Numbered from the stretch's first letter, positions 37,145 to 48,635 are shown. The stretch is DNA of 64,000 nucleotides from an uncultured Desulfovibrio sp. (GCA_937889575.1 CALBYZ010000020.1:51-64050); one strand, 5' to 3'. Made by a program: numbers and translations. Notes: a model not told the origin generated them from the letters alone.

Positions 37145-38203
37145 ATGCGGGAATCTTGTGTTTCGGTGAATACAGATGCTCGAATCTTGGCAGAATCTTT
37201 GGATAAAGCCCGGGAGCCTCGGGAATTGGCGGCGCTGTTGCGCAACATCCGGGCTTTCGTGGCCGGCCGGGCCGGCGGCGGCGACGTTCTGGAAACGGGG
37301 CGCGCCGCCGCCGCGCTCTATGACGCGCTCCTCGCGCGCGCCGCCGCCCTGGCCCGCAGCGGCCCGGTCGCGCCGCCGCCGGGAGCGTGCCTGCTGGCGC
37401 TCGGCAGTCAGGGGCGCTGCGAACAGTTCCTGGCCACGGACCAGGACAACGCCCTCGTCCTGCCAGGTAAGGCGGACGCAGGCGGCCGGCAGGCGTATGC
37501 CGCGTTTGCCGGCCGCATGCGCGACATCCTCGAGGCGGCCGGCATGCCGCCCTGCCCCCGGGGCATCATGGCCGCCGCGCCCGAATGGCGAAGGACCGCG
37601 CGCGAATGGCGGGACGCCCTGGACGGGGCCGCGGACAGGCCCGACGCTGCTGGCGTGCTCCTCGTGTCGCTTTTGGCCGACGCGCGCGCCGTGGACGGCG
37701 ACGCCGCCCTGGCCATGGCCGTGGCCGCCCATGTCCGCCGCCGCGCGGCCGACGCGCCGCTGCTCGTGCGGGGACTGGCGCGCGAGGCCCTGCATTTCGC
37801 GCCCGAGGCCCACCTGCCCGGGCCGCTGTCCCTGTCGGGCCGCCATGCCCCGGTCGATCTCAAACGTGCGGCGGTCTATCCCCTGGTTCTTGGCGTCAAG
37901 GCCCTGGCCCTGGAGGCCGGCGTCCCGGAAACCGGCACCGTGGCGCGCATCGGGGCGCTGTCCCGCCTGGGGCGCATCGGCCAGGACTCGGCCGCGCGCC
38001 TGGAGCGGGCTTTTTCTTGCGTCCAGGCCCTGCGCCTGCGTCGTCAGGCCCAAGCCGCAGCGGCGGGCGGGCAGCCGGACAATCGCCTGGACCCCGCGTC
38101 CCTGTCGCCCCCGGACAGGGAGGAGTTGCGCCGCGCCTTTCGCGCCGTGGCCGATTTCACGGCCATGCTCGAACACCATTTCAGCCTGGCCTACCTGACC
38201 TGA
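37145..38203 (+). CDS. DUF294-type nucleotidyltransferase (NTase plus substrate-binding domain), no CBS; start uncertain
   Basis: LGSQGRCEQFLATDQDNAL, CPRGIMAAAPEW, DLKRAAVYPLV, T..RI..L. Confidence 0.8.
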   Translation: MRESCVSVNTDARILAESLDKAREPRELAALLRNIRAFVAGRAGGGDVLETGRAAAALYDALLARAAALARSGPVAPPPGACLLALGSQGRCEQFLATDQDNALVLPGKADAGGRQAYAAFAGRMRDILEAAGMPPCPRGIMAAAPEWRRTAREWRDALDGAADRPDAAGVLLVSLLADARAVDGDAALAMAVAAHVRRRAADAPLLVRGLAREALHFAPEAHLPGPLSLSGRHAPVDLKRAAVYPLVLGVKALALEAGVPETGTVARIGALSRLGRIGQDSAARLERAFSCVQALRLRRQAQAAAAGGQPDNRLDPASLSPPDREELRRAFRAVADFTAMLEHHFSLAYLT

Positions 38204-38213
38204 AGGAGGAGCC

Positions 38214-40088
38214 ATGCAGGCAAACGACCCATCCCGCCAACCGGACGCCGTGCAGGCCTTCCTCGCCGGCGTGCCGCCCTTCGACCGGCTGCCGTCGTTC
38301 GAGCGCGCCGCCCTGGCCGCCGCCTCCCGCGTCGCTTTGTACCTCGAGGGCGAACCCGTGCGCGCGGACGGGGACGTCTGCTGCGTCCAGCGCGGCGGGG
38401 TGCGCCTGCGCCGGCCCGGAGACGGCCCGGAGCGCGACGACGTGCGCGGCGAAGGCGAGTGTTTCGGCGCGGCCTGCGCCCTTGCGCCGGACGGGGATCG
38501 GGAAACGGGCGGCGAGGGCGTCGCCCTGGAGGACACCTTCCTCGTGCGCCTGCCCGGGCAGGCGTTCGCCGCCGTGTGCCTTCGCCACGGCTTCGTTGCG
38601 GACTACTTCGCCGACGCCTTGTCCCCGGCCGCAAGGGACGGCCGCATGCCCGACCCTCCCGGTTGCCCCGATCCGGCCGACGGCGACTACCTCTTCACCC
38701 GCCTTGCCGGCGACGTGGCCTCGCGGGGACTTGCGGCCGTACCCCGGGGCACGGACCTGCGCCAGGCCGCCCGGGTCATGGAGGCCGGGCAGGTGGGATC
38801 GGTGCTCGTGCGCGAGGGAGCGGGCGCGGTCATCGGCATCGTCACGGACCGGGACCTGCGCCGCGCCGTGGCCACGGGCATGGCGCTTGCCGCCCCGGTC
38901 GAAACGCTCATGTCCGCGCCGGTCGCGACCATCGACGCCGCGACCCCCTGTTTCGAGGCCCTGTTGCAGATGACCGGTTCCGGCGTCCGCCACCTGCTCG
39001 TGACAAGGGACGGCGAGCCGGCGGGCATGGTCACGGCGAGCGATGTGCTCCTGTCCCACGGCCGTTCGCCCATGGCCTTGTTGCGCGCGGCCCGGCGCGC
39101 GGCGGACGTGGCGGATCTTGGCGAGATCTGCCGGGGCATGCGGCCGCTTGCCGCGGCGCTCGTGGCCCGGGGCGCGACGGCGGCCGTCGTTTCGAGCGTG
39201 CTGACGCTGCTTGCCGAGCAGGTGCTCGCGCGGCTCTTGCAACTGCTGGAAAAACGCTGCGGCCCGTCGCCCGCGCCGTGCCGCTGGCTGCTTCTGGGCG
39301 CGGCCGGCCGGCGCGAGATGCTCCCCGGCTCCGGCCTCTCCCTGGCCGCCGTGCCGGACGACGGCGGCGACCCCATCGTGGGCCGGGCGGCGCGGACCTA
39401 TATGCAGGCCTTCCTGTCCCAGCTCGGCGACGCGCTCGCGGCCCTTGGCCTGCATGCCCCGTCCACGCGGCTGGTCCTTGGCGACCCGCGCACGGCGCTT
39501 TCCCCGCAGGGGTTTGTCCTGGACGGCGATCCGCTCGACCACGAGGCGTCCTTGGAGGGCTTCGACGCCCGCGTCCTTGGCGGCGAACCAATGGCCGCAG
39601 GGGAAGGGAACGGCTTTCCCCCGGGCCTCGCCGCGGCCTGGCTTGCGGCCGCCGCTTCGCGGCCCGCGCCCCTTGGCCTGTACCAGGGCCGGCTCATGGA
39701 GCGCGACGGCGGCGCCTGCGACGTGCTCGACGTCCTTGCCAGGGGCTCGCGGCCGGTCACGGCCCTGGCCCGGCTGGCCGCCCTGCGCTGCGGCGTGGCG
39801 CAAACCGGCACTGCGGCGCGTCTCGACGCCCTGGGCCGTCTGGGCGTCGTTGACGAAGGGACGGCCGCCCGCGCCGCGGAGGCGTTCGCGTTTTTCGAGG
39901 CCGAGCGGCTGGGCGCCCTGCTCACCGGGCGCGAGGTTTCGGGTCGCGACGAGGCGCCCGTGCCCCTGGCGAGCGTTTCGCCGCGCCGTCGCCATGGTTT
40001 CCGCGCCGCTTTCGCCGCACTGGAAGCGTTGCGTCTGGCGCTTGCCGCACACGCGGCGGCAGGGGAGGACTGTCATGGGCCTGTTTGA
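38214..40088 (+). CDS. cNMP-binding + CBS pair + degenerate DUF294 domain protein
   Basis: FLAGVPPFDRLP..GEGECFG (cNMP); AARVM..VGSVLV..GIVTDRDLRR..LM, GVRHLLV..GMVTASD (CBS); LLGAAGRREM. Confidence 0.8.
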   Translation: MQANDPSRQPDAVQAFLAGVPPFDRLPSFERAALAAASRVALYLEGEPVRADGDVCCVQRGGVRLRRPGDGPERDDVRGEGECFGAACALAPDGDRETGGEGVALEDTFLVRLPGQAFAAVCLRHGFVADYFADALSPAARDGRMPDPPGCPDPADGDYLFTRLAGDVASRGLAAVPRGTDLRQAARVMEAGQVGSVLVREGAGAVIGIVTDRDLRRAVATGMALAAPVETLMSAPVATIDAATPCFEALLQMTGSGVRHLLVTRDGEPAGMVTASDVLLSHGRSPMALLRAARRAADVADLGEICRGMRPLAAALVARGATAAVVSSVLTLLAEQVLARLLQLLEKRCGPSPAPCRWLLLGAAGRREMLPGSGLSLAAVPDDGGDPIVGRAARTYMQAFLSQLGDALAALGLHAPSTRLVLGDPRTALSPQGFVLDGDPLDHEASLEGFDARVLGGEPMAAGEGNGFPPGLAAAWLAAAASRPAPLGLYQGRLMERDGGACDVLDVLARGSRPVTALARLAALRCGVAQTGTAARLDALGRLGVVDEGTAARAAEAFAFFEAERLGALLTGREVSGRDEAPVPLASVSPRRRHGFRAAFAALEALRLALAAHAAAGEDCHGPV

Positions 40089-40803
40089 CCGCTTGCTGCG
40101 CCGCACCGGGGCCGCGCAAACGCCCGAGGCCCTTGCGCCCGCGCTTCTCGCGCACCAGGCGGCGCAGGCCGGGCGCGACGCCAGGGCGCTCCTCGACGCC
40201 TGCGCCTTCGTGGCCGTGGACACCGAACTGACCGGTTTCGACCCGCGCCGCCATGCCTTGGTCTCCATCGGCGCGGTACGGCTTTCCGGGCTTTCGATCC
40301 TGCCCGGCGCGTCGTTTTATTCGCTGGTGCGGCCCCCGGGCGCGGTGCCGCGCGACGCTTCCCTCGTTCATGGCCTCACGGCCTCGGGCCTTGGCGACGC
40401 GCCTGAAGAAGCCGAAGTCCTTGCCGCGTTCCTCGATTTCGTCGGCGACGCCATCCTCGTCGGCCACCATATCGATCTGGACATGGGCTTTTTGAATGCC
40501 GCCAGCCGCCGCTGCCTGGGCGGGCCGCTGGTTGCGCCCTGCATCGACACCCTGCGTCTGGCCATGGCTTTCGAAGAGAAGCGGCTCGTCGCCGGGGGCA
40601 GGGCAGGGGAGGCGGAAAGCCTCGACTATTCCCTGCCGGCTCTGTGCCGCCGCTACGGCCTGCCGGAATTTGCCGCCCACGACGCCCGCGCCGACGCCGT
40701 TGCAGCGGCCTATCTGTTCGTGCTCCTGGCCCGCAAATGCGGCCGCGGCCGCCCGTTGACCCTGGACGGGCTCTGGCGCGCCGGCCGGACCTGGTGGCGC
40801 TGA
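40075..40803 (+). CDS. DEDDh 3'-5' exonuclease (DnaQ-like)
   Basis: FVAVDTELTG, SIGAV, LVGHHIDLDMGFL, IDTL, HDARADA. Confidence 0.9.
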   Translation: MGLFDRLLRRTGAAQTPEALAPALLAHQAAQAGRDARALLDACAFVAVDTELTGFDPRRHALVSIGAVRLSGLSILPGASFYSLVRPPGAVPRDASLVHGLTASGLGDAPEEAEVLAAFLDFVGDAILVGHHIDLDMGFLNAASRRCLGGPLVAPCIDTLRLAMAFEEKRLVAGGRAGEAESLDYSLPALCRRYGLPEFAAHDARADAVAAAYLFVLLARKCGRGRPLTLDGLWRAGRTWWR

Positions 40804-40825
40804 CGCAGGGGATGCAAAAAAAGTG

Positions 40826-40869
40826 TTGACGGGCCGCGGCCTGTTCGCTAAATAGGAATCAACAGCAAC
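40826..40869 (+). promoter_or_regulatory. Sigma70 promoter of the perR operon with TAGGAAT repeats nearby
   Basis: TTGACG (40826), 17 bp, TAAATA (40849); TAGGAAT overlaps the -10 and recurs just before the start codon. Confidence 0.55.
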
Positions 40870-40883
40870 TAGGAATAAAAACT

Positions 40884-41348
40884 ATGTCGATGGAAGCCCT
40901 CAAGCAACTGTTCGCCAAAAGCGGCCTGAAGTTTACCACCCAGCGCTATCTGGTGTACAAAGCCATGACCACGACCCGGGATCACCCTTCGGCGGAGACG
41001 GTCTGGCGGCGGGTGCGCGAGACCGCGCCGGCCATTTCGCTGGACACGGTCTACCGCACCCTGTCCGCCCTGGAGGCGCGGGGCTTGGTGAGCCGGGTGC
41101 CGTGCGGCGGCGACGAGGGGCGCTTCGACGGCGATGTGACGCCGCACCACCATCTGGTGTGCTTGTCGTGCGGCCGCATCGAGGACTTCACCATGCCGGG
41201 GGCGGATCTTGACGACCTGCCGCCGGCGGTCGCCGCGTGGGGCGTTCCCCGCGACGCGCAAATTCTGGTGCGCGGCGTGTGCCGCGCCTGCCTCTCACGC
41301 ATGCACAACGTCAACCCGCAAGAAAACCAAAGGAGCCAATCGAAATGA
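40884..41348 (+). CDS. perR: Fur-family peroxide regulator PerR
   Basis: TTQRYLV, DHPSAETV, ISLDTVYRTL, RFDG..PHHHLVCLSCG, GVCRAC; precedes rubrerythrin. Confidence 0.85.
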   Translation: MSMEALKQLFAKSGLKFTTQRYLVYKAMTTTRDHPSAETVWRRVRETAPAISLDTVYRTLSALEARGLVSRVPCGGDEGRFDGDVTPHHHLVCLSCGRIEDFTMPGADLDDLPPAVAAWGVPRDAQILVRGVCRACLSRMHNVNPQENQRSQSK

Positions 41349-41839
41349 GCAAGACCCTGGATCACCTCAAGGAAGCGTTTGCCGGCGAATCCCAGGCCAA
41401 TCGCAAGTACCTCGCCTATGCCGCCCAGGCCGAGAAGGAAGGCCACCTCGGCGTCGCCAAGCTCTTCAAGGCCGCCGCCGCCGCCGAGACCGTCCATGCC
41501 CACACCCATCTGCGCAACATGGGCGGCATCAGGGACACGGCCGCCAACCTCCAGGACGCCATCGCGGGCGAGACCCACGAGTTCAAGAGCATGTATCCGG
41601 GCATGATCGAGGACGCCAAGGCCGAGGGCGAAAAGGCTGCCGAGCGCGGCTTCACCTTCGCCAACGCCGTTGAGGAACTCCATGCCAACCTGTACGCCGA
41701 AGCCGCCAAGGACGTCGCCGGCTATCCCGAGAAGGACTGGTACGTCTGCTCGGTGTGCGGCTACACCGTCGCCGGTGCGGTCCCGGACAAGTGCCCGGTC
41801 TGCCTGGCCCTGGCCAAGGCGTTTTTCAAGGTCGATTAA
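41345..41839 (+). CDS. rbr: Rubrerythrin
   Basis: AFAGESQANRKY, AETVHA, GETHE..MYP, VEELH, CSVCGY..CPVC. Confidence 0.93.
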   Translation: MSKTLDHLKEAFAGESQANRKYLAYAAQAEKEGHLGVAKLFKAAAAAETVHAHTHLRNMGGIRDTAANLQDAIAGETHEFKSMYPGMIEDAKAEGEKAAERGFTFANAVEELHANLYAEAAKDVAGYPEKDWYVCSVCGYTVAGAVPDKCPVCLALAKAFFKVD

Positions 41840-41880
41840 TCGCGGCCGGCGTCGTTCGGCGACACGGAAAAGGAGCGAGC

Positions 41881-42096
41881 ATGGCAGCGCCTGAAGAGAT
41901 GTGGCAGTGCCAGACCACCAATTGCGGCTACATCTACAATCCGGACAAGGGCGACCGCAAAGGCAGGATTCCAGCGGGAACCGCCTTCGCCGACCTGCCC
42001 GACGACTGGAAGTGCCCGGTGTGCGGTGCCGGCAGGAAGTGCTTCAAGCCGCTGGCCGGACCGGGTTCGACCAAGGACGTGCAGTGTCCCGTCTGA
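41881..42096 (+). CDS. Rubredoxin-like protein
   Basis: WQCQTTNCGYIYNPDKGD..GTAFADLPDDWKCPVCGAG. Confidence 0.9.
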   Translation: MAAPEEMWQCQTTNCGYIYNPDKGDRKGRIPAGTAFADLPDDWKCPVCGAGRKCFKPLAGPGSTKDVQCPV

Positions 42097-42136
42097 CGGC
42101 CGGGGAGCCCCTGCGGGCTCCCCGGATCGGAAGCGC

Positions 42137-42164
42137 AAAGGCCCCGCGTGAGCGGGGCCTTTTT
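42137..42164 (+). terminator. Bidirectional rho-independent terminator
   Basis: AAAGGCCCCGC-GTGA-GCGGGGCCTTTTT between convergent genes. Confidence 0.85.
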
Positions 42165-42195
42165 CGTTCGTATGCGGAACGTCGAAACCCCGCGG

Positions 42196-43314
42196 CTATG
42201 CCTTCGGAGGCGCTGCGTCGGATGCGGGCGCGCTGATGACGTTGCGCTCCTCGAGCACGTGCCGGTAGTCCTCGCCGTAGAGCGAGAGCATGACCATGGC
42301 GAACCCGAGCACCAGCGGGCCGTAGAGGATGCCGAGGGCCCCGAAGAACTTGATGCCCCCGATGATGGAGAGGAACACCCAGAACGTGGACATCTTGGAG
42401 CGGTTTTGCATGAGGATCGGCCGGATGATGGAGTCGATGCTCGAAACCACGACCGCGCCCCAGCCGATGAGGAAAACGCCCCATTGCCATTGGCCGGTGA
42501 GGATCAGGTAGATCGAGACGGGCAGCCAGATGATGGCCGTGCCGACCACCGGAATGAGCGAGGCGAAACCCATCATGCAGCCCCAGAAAAAGGGCGGTAT
42601 GCCCACGATGAAGAGCCCGAGGCCGCCGGCCGCGCCCTGGGCCAGGGCGATGACGAAGGCCCCGAGAATCACGGACTTGGCCACGTCGTCGAGCTGGCGG
42701 AAGATGCGGTTTTCCTGGCTCGTGGACAGCGGCAGCAGGTAGCGGGCGTAGCCGAGCATGGCCTCGCCGTCGCGGATGAGGAAAAAGAGCACGAAGATGA
42801 GGATGACGAAGTTCATCGTCAGCACGAACACGTTGCCGATGATGGTGGTGCCGCTGTTGAGCAGGATTTGCCCGGCGTTTTTGGAAAGCGACAGCAGGTC
42901 GGCCTGGAGGGCGAGCTTTTTGATGTTCAGGAAGGGCAGGTGCTCCTGTATCCAGCCCAGGTAGGGGGCGACGGCTTCGTGGCTGAAAAGCGCGTTGAAG
43001 TCGATGGTGGCGAGCTTGGTTTGCAGGGCGTTGACGGACAGGACGCCCTGGGCGAGCAGCGCGCCGAGGAAGACGAAGACCGGAATGATGAGGCAGGAGA
43101 AGATGAGCACGGTGGTCAGAAGCGCCGCCGGGGTGGCCCGCCCGCCGCACAGGCCGGCGATTTTGCGGTGCACCGGCTGAAAGAGCGTCGCCAGCACCAC
43201 GCCGATGATGAGGATGTCCACGAAGGGCCGCAGCACGATATAGGCCAGGACGAGCGAGGCGGCGAGGATGAGAAGCAGGAAGGTCGAATAGAATTGGCGG
43301 CGTTCTCTGTTCAT
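42196..43314 (-). CDS. AI-2E family transporter
   Basis: LFFLIRDGE, SVILGAFVIALAQG, LIPVVGTAIIWLP, DSIIRPIL, IGGIKFFGALGILYGP. Confidence 0.9.
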   Translation of the reverse strand: MNRERRQFYSTFLLLILAASLVLAYIVLRPFVDILIIGVVLATLFQPVHRKIAGLCGGRATPAALLTTVLIFSCLIIPVFVFLGALLAQGVLSVNALQTKLATIDFNALFSHEAVAPYLGWIQEHLPFLNIKKLALQADLLSLSKNAGQILLNSGTTIIGNVFVLTMNFVILIFVLFFLIRDGEAMLGYARYLLPLSTSQENRIFRQLDDVAKSVILGAFVIALAQGAAGGLGLFIVGIPPFFWGCMMGFASLIPVVGTAIIWLPVSIYLILTGQWQWGVFLIGWGAVVVSSIDSIIRPILMQNRSKMSTFWVFLSIIGGIKFFGALGILYGPLVLGFAMVMLSLYGEDYRHVLEERNVISAPASDAAPPKA

Positions 43315-43458
43315 GCCGCATCCTGTAGCAAAACCGCGGGCACGGCGGCAAGGGCGGATCGCCCGCGACGCGGCGTTGCGCTGTCCCGCCGGAACAACGT
43401 AACATGGCTTCCATGACGACGCCTTATTCGACGCCTTCCCGTACCCAGGTCGCGCCCC

Positions 43459-44469
43459 ATGCCCGTTGAGCCGTCGCCCCAGAACGGCGAACGCGGCAAC
43501 GCCGGGCGTAAATCGCGTTTCTGGCCGCGCCCGTCGCTTTACGACCTGACGCCTGAACTGCTCGGCGACCCCGACGCCACGGCCACGGAAATCCGCGTAC
43601 GCGACTGGGCCTACGTCCTGACTGCCCGGGGCGTGCCCCACGTGCTGCGCCGCGACGGCTCCGGCTGGCGGCTGTTCGTGCCCGGACGGCGCGCGGACGA
43701 AGCCCTGGAGGAGATCGCCGCCTACACGGCCGAACGCGAAAACCGCGTGCTGCCCGATCCGCAGGCCGCGCCGCGCCGGCCTGCGGCCACGCTGCCGGTC
43801 CTCGCCGTCATGGGCGTCGTCGCCGGCATCTGGGGCTTTCTGCTCGGCGAGGCCGTGTGGCAGGGCCGGCGCATCCCCTGGCGCGAGATCGGGGCCGGGG
43901 ACAGCGCGGCCATGCTCGCCGGGCAGTGGTGGCGCGCCGCGACCGCTTTGTGGCTCCACGCCGATCCGGCCCACCTTTTCGGCAACGCCGCCTGCGCGGC
44001 GCTTTTCCTGAGCCTGCTGTGCCGCGAAACGGGGCTCGGGCTCGGGTTTGCCCTCACGGTTGCGGCCGGCATCGGCGGCAACGTGTGCAAGGCCCTCGTC
44101 CAGGGGCCGGGCATGCACTTCCTGGGCGCGTCCACCGCCGTGTTCGGGGCGCTTGGCGCACTTGGCGGGGTACGGCTGTCGGGGTTTCAGGCCGGCCTTT
44201 CCGCCAGGCGCTTTCTGGCCGCTGGCGCGGTGCTCATGCTGCTGGCCATGCTCGGGGCCGGTTCCGAGGAGACCACGGGACAGGTGGATCTGGCCGGGCA
44301 TTTCTTCGGATTCCTGTGCGGCACGGCCCTGGGGCTGGCCGTCGGCTGGCGGCTGTGCCGCGCAGGCAGGCCGGGCCGCGCGGCACAAGCGGCGTTTGCC
44401 GTGCTGGCCGGGGGCGCGAGCCTCGTGGCCTGGGCGCTCGGCGTCGGCTGGTGGTGGCCCCGCGGTTGA
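43459..44469 (+). CDS. Rhomboid family intramembrane serine protease with N-terminal soluble domain
   Basis: QWWRAATALWLHADPAHLFGN, GASTAVFG (catalytic Ser), DLAGHFFG (catalytic His). Confidence 0.9.
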   Translation: MPVEPSPQNGERGNAGRKSRFWPRPSLYDLTPELLGDPDATATEIRVRDWAYVLTARGVPHVLRRDGSGWRLFVPGRRADEALEEIAAYTAERENRVLPDPQAAPRRPAATLPVLAVMGVVAGIWGFLLGEAVWQGRRIPWREIGAGDSAAMLAGQWWRAATALWLHADPAHLFGNAACAALFLSLLCRETGLGLGFALTVAAGIGGNVCKALVQGPGMHFLGASTAVFGALGALGGVRLSGFQAGLSARRFLAAGAVLMLLAMLGAGSEETTGQVDLAGHFFGFLCGTALGLAVGWRLCRAGRPGRAAQAAFAVLAGGASLVAWALGVGWWWPRG

Positions 44470-44578
44470 GGAAGGCTTTGCTTAATGCGCCGTTTTCGGT
44501 TAAAGCCGTCGATTGTCGCTGCCTTGCGCCATGTGGCGGGGCGGCGAAACGGCACGACGCCCGTGGGAGTGGGAAGCC

Positions 44579-45082
44579 ATGAGTTTAAACGGCCTCGTTT
44601 TCGAGGGTGAGGATATTCTTTACAGGACCGGCAAGCACTGGGTGGTGCTGGCCAAGGCCGCGATCCTGTTCGCTCTGGCCCTGGCCGTGTGGTCGAGCGG
44701 GCCGGCGCTGACCGCTCTGGCGCAGTTCAAGGTGCCGGAGGAGCTGGAAAAGTTTCTGCCCAGGATCATCACCGCCGCGATCTGGCTGTTCCGCTATATC
44801 TTTTTCATCATTCTGACCCTGCTGGCCCTGACCCGCCTGTTCTCCTTCTTCACCCTGCGTGTGGGCGTGACGGAAAAACGCCTTCTGTGCGACGATGCGC
44901 TGTTCGGCACCTTTTCCCTGGACGTCGGCAAGGTCGAGTCCGTCAAGTGCGAACCTGGCCTGTTCGGCGGCCTGCTCGGCTACGGCAAGGTCATTCTGAC
45001 CGCCTCGAGCAGCCAGCGGCTGGTGCTGACCAACATCCGTCGCCCCCACGCCCTGGAACAGGAACTCTTCGCCGCCAAGTAG
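44579..45082 (+). CDS. Membrane protein with bacterial PH domain
   Basis: Two TM helices, then VTEKRL..KVESV..GLLGYGKVIL..I..P. Confidence 0.75.
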   Translation: MSLNGLVFEGEDILYRTGKHWVVLAKAAILFALALAVWSSGPALTALAQFKVPEELEKFLPRIITAAIWLFRYIFFIILTLLALTRLFSFFTLRVGVTEKRLLCDDALFGTFSLDVGKVESVKCEPGLFGGLLGYGKVILTASSSQRLVLTNIRRPHALEQELFAAK

Positions 45083-45156
45083 GACCGGCGGCGTCGCGGC
45101 GGCCGCCGGTGCGGCCGGCCCCGTCGTAAGCGTCCTTCCCCGGACCGCCGACCACC

Positions 45157-46611
45157 ATGTATCTCTATCGCAAACCCATCAAGCAGTACGGCCTGCTGTT
45201 CAAGATGCTGGCTGTCTACATCGGCATTCTGGTTGTGGCGTATTTCACGACGTCCACGCTTTTGATCTACATCAAGGAATCGGTCAACATCTCGCGCGAC
45301 ATCGTCAAGGTCCGTTTCGAGGTCCTCTCCATTTCGCAGCGGCTCGTGGACAGCCTGCTTTCCATGGAGGAGAATCAGAAGAAGTACGAGATCATGCATT
45401 CCGAGGAATACAAGAAAAACTTCCTCGCCGCGCTCAACGAATACAAAAACGCCATTTGGAGCATCCTCTGGTTCCGCTACGAGAGCTTCTCCGTCTGGGA
45501 GGAGCTGCACGCCGAGTTCCGCGCCGCATTTCCGGAACTGGCGCAAGGCAAGGCCCTTGCCGGCGAGCCCTGGATCGACCAGGAGACGCTCAACAAATGG
45601 ATGCGCATCGTGATTAGCGCCCGCCAGGACAACGAACGGGTGCTCGAATCGGGCATGCGGGAGCTCTACCGCATCAGCGAAGTGGCGGTGAGCCGCGGCG
45701 TCACGGGCCTGGTCGTCTCCATCGGCCTCGGGCTGCTTGGCATCCTCTACCTGACCTATTCCCTGCGCCGGCCGCTGCGCGAGCTGCGCCGGGGCATCCG
45801 CGCCTACACCCGCGACGGCCGGTTGGAACCCATCCGCGTCCTTTCCAACGACGAACTCGGCGAGCTCGCCCAGGCGTTCAACGACATGACCGTACGCCTC
45901 AAGGAAGAGGAGCGCATGCGCGCGGACTTCATCGACATGGTCAGCCACGAGATCCGCACGCCGCTGACCTCCATCCGCGAATCCGTCAACCTCATGCGCG
46001 AACGCGTGCTCGGCGAAATCAACGAGCGCCAGAAGCGCTTCCTGGACATCGCCAGCGACGAGCTCCAGCGCATCTCCGCCATGCTCACGAGCCTGCTCAA
46101 GGTCTCGAGCATGGCCTCCCAGATCGTGGACCTCGCGCCCACGCCCTTCGATCCCGAGAAGCTGGTTCTCGAGACCCTGGAAAAAGCCGCGCCGGCCGCC
46201 GAAGCCAAGGGCATCGCCTTGACGCCGCGCGTGGGGCGCGACATCGTTTCCGTGGTCGGGGACCGCGAACTGCTCGGCCAGGCGCTTTACAACCTCGTCG
46301 GCAACGCCGTGAAGTTCTCCCCGCCCGGGCGGACGGTGCTCGTGGGTCTGGAAATGGCCGACGGCGGGCGCAAGCTGCTCGTCAGCACCAGCGACGAGGG
46401 CCCGGGCATCGCCGAGGAAGAGCAGCCCTACGTCTTCAACAAATACTACCGCGGCGCGCGCACCAAGCGGACCACCGACGGCATCGGCCTTGGGTTGTCC
46501 ATCGCCAAGACCATCGTCGAGGCCCACGGCGGCAACATCTGGCTGTCGAGCCTGCCCGGCAAGGGCTGCACGTTTTACTTTACAATCCCCGTGGATGAGG
46601 CAACAGCCTGA
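45157..46611 (+). CDS. HAMP sensor histidine kinase (GlrK/QseE-like)
   Basis: DELGELAQAFNDM, VSHEIRTPLTSI, NLVGNAVKFS, DEGPGI, GIGLGLSIAK. Confidence 0.93.
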   Translation: MYLYRKPIKQYGLLFKMLAVYIGILVVAYFTTSTLLIYIKESVNISRDIVKVRFEVLSISQRLVDSLLSMEENQKKYEIMHSEEYKKNFLAALNEYKNAIWSILWFRYESFSVWEELHAEFRAAFPELAQGKALAGEPWIDQETLNKWMRIVISARQDNERVLESGMRELYRISEVAVSRGVTGLVVSIGLGLLGILYLTYSLRRPLRELRRGIRAYTRDGRLEPIRVLSNDELGELAQAFNDMTVRLKEEERMRADFIDMVSHEIRTPLTSIRESVNLMRERVLGEINERQKRFLDIASDELQRISAMLTSLLKVSSMASQIVDLAPTPFDPEKLVLETLEKAAPAAEAKGIALTPRVGRDIVSVVGDRELLGQALYNLVGNAVKFSPPGRTVLVGLEMADGGRKLLVSTSDEGPGIAEEEQPYVFNKYYRGARTKRTTDGIGLGLSIAKTIVEAHGGNIWLSSLPGKGCTFYFTIPVDEATA

Positions 46612-46612
46612 T

Positions 46613-47230
46613 ATGGCGCAAAACATGAAGAACACGATCGTCGGAAATGCGGCCCGCGGCCTGTGCCTCGCGCTTGTGTTCCTGGCCTGCGGCTGCGTCG
46701 CGAAAAAGCCTCCCGCGCCGTCCGTGCCGCCGCCTCCGCCCCAGGCCGCCGCGACCGCGGTCGCCTCGCCGGCCTGCGAACCCACGCGCAACAGCCTCTA
46801 CGACCAGGGCGTGTGCGCCTACGACAGCGGCGAGGTCAAGCGGGCCATGGGCCTGTGGCGCATCGCCAGCAACACCGACCCGGACGCGGCCGTGCGTCAG
46901 AAGGCCCTGTTCGCCATGGCCGGGGTCAAGCTCGCCCAGGCGAACACCGAGGCCGAGATGGCCGCGGCCATGGAGCTCTTCGACGTCTGGACCAAGGGCA
47001 CGCCCCCGGGCGGCAGCGGCGAGGATCCGCGTTTCCTGCTGTCCGCCCTCAAGAACTTGAAACCCGCAGCGACGCTCAAGGAGCAGAAGGCGACGCTCGA
47101 GCGCGAGTGCGCCAAAAAGCTCGCCGAGCGCGAGGAACACGTGCGCAAGAGCATCCAGCAGCAGGTCCGGGCCCTGGAAACCATCCACCAGCAGATCCAG
47201 GAAAAGAAAAAAGGCCTGATCAACAACTGA
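46613..47230 (+). CDS. Lipoprotein with helical domain and coiled coil, between kinase and regulator (QseG/YfhG-like position)
   Basis: LVFLACGC lipobox; Pro-rich linker; C-terminal QQQVRALETIHQQIQEKKK coiled coil. Confidence 0.7.
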   Translation: MAQNMKNTIVGNAARGLCLALVFLACGCVAKKPPAPSVPPPPPQAAATAVASPACEPTRNSLYDQGVCAYDSGEVKRAMGLWRIASNTDPDAAVRQKALFAMAGVKLAQANTEAEMAAAMELFDVWTKGTPPGGSGEDPRFLLSALKNLKPAATLKEQKATLERECAKKLAEREEHVRKSIQQQVRALETIHQQIQEKKKGLINN

Positions 47231-47255
47231 CCCTCGTCGCGCTCCGCGCGACCGG

Positions 47256-48635
<1,380 letters not shown>

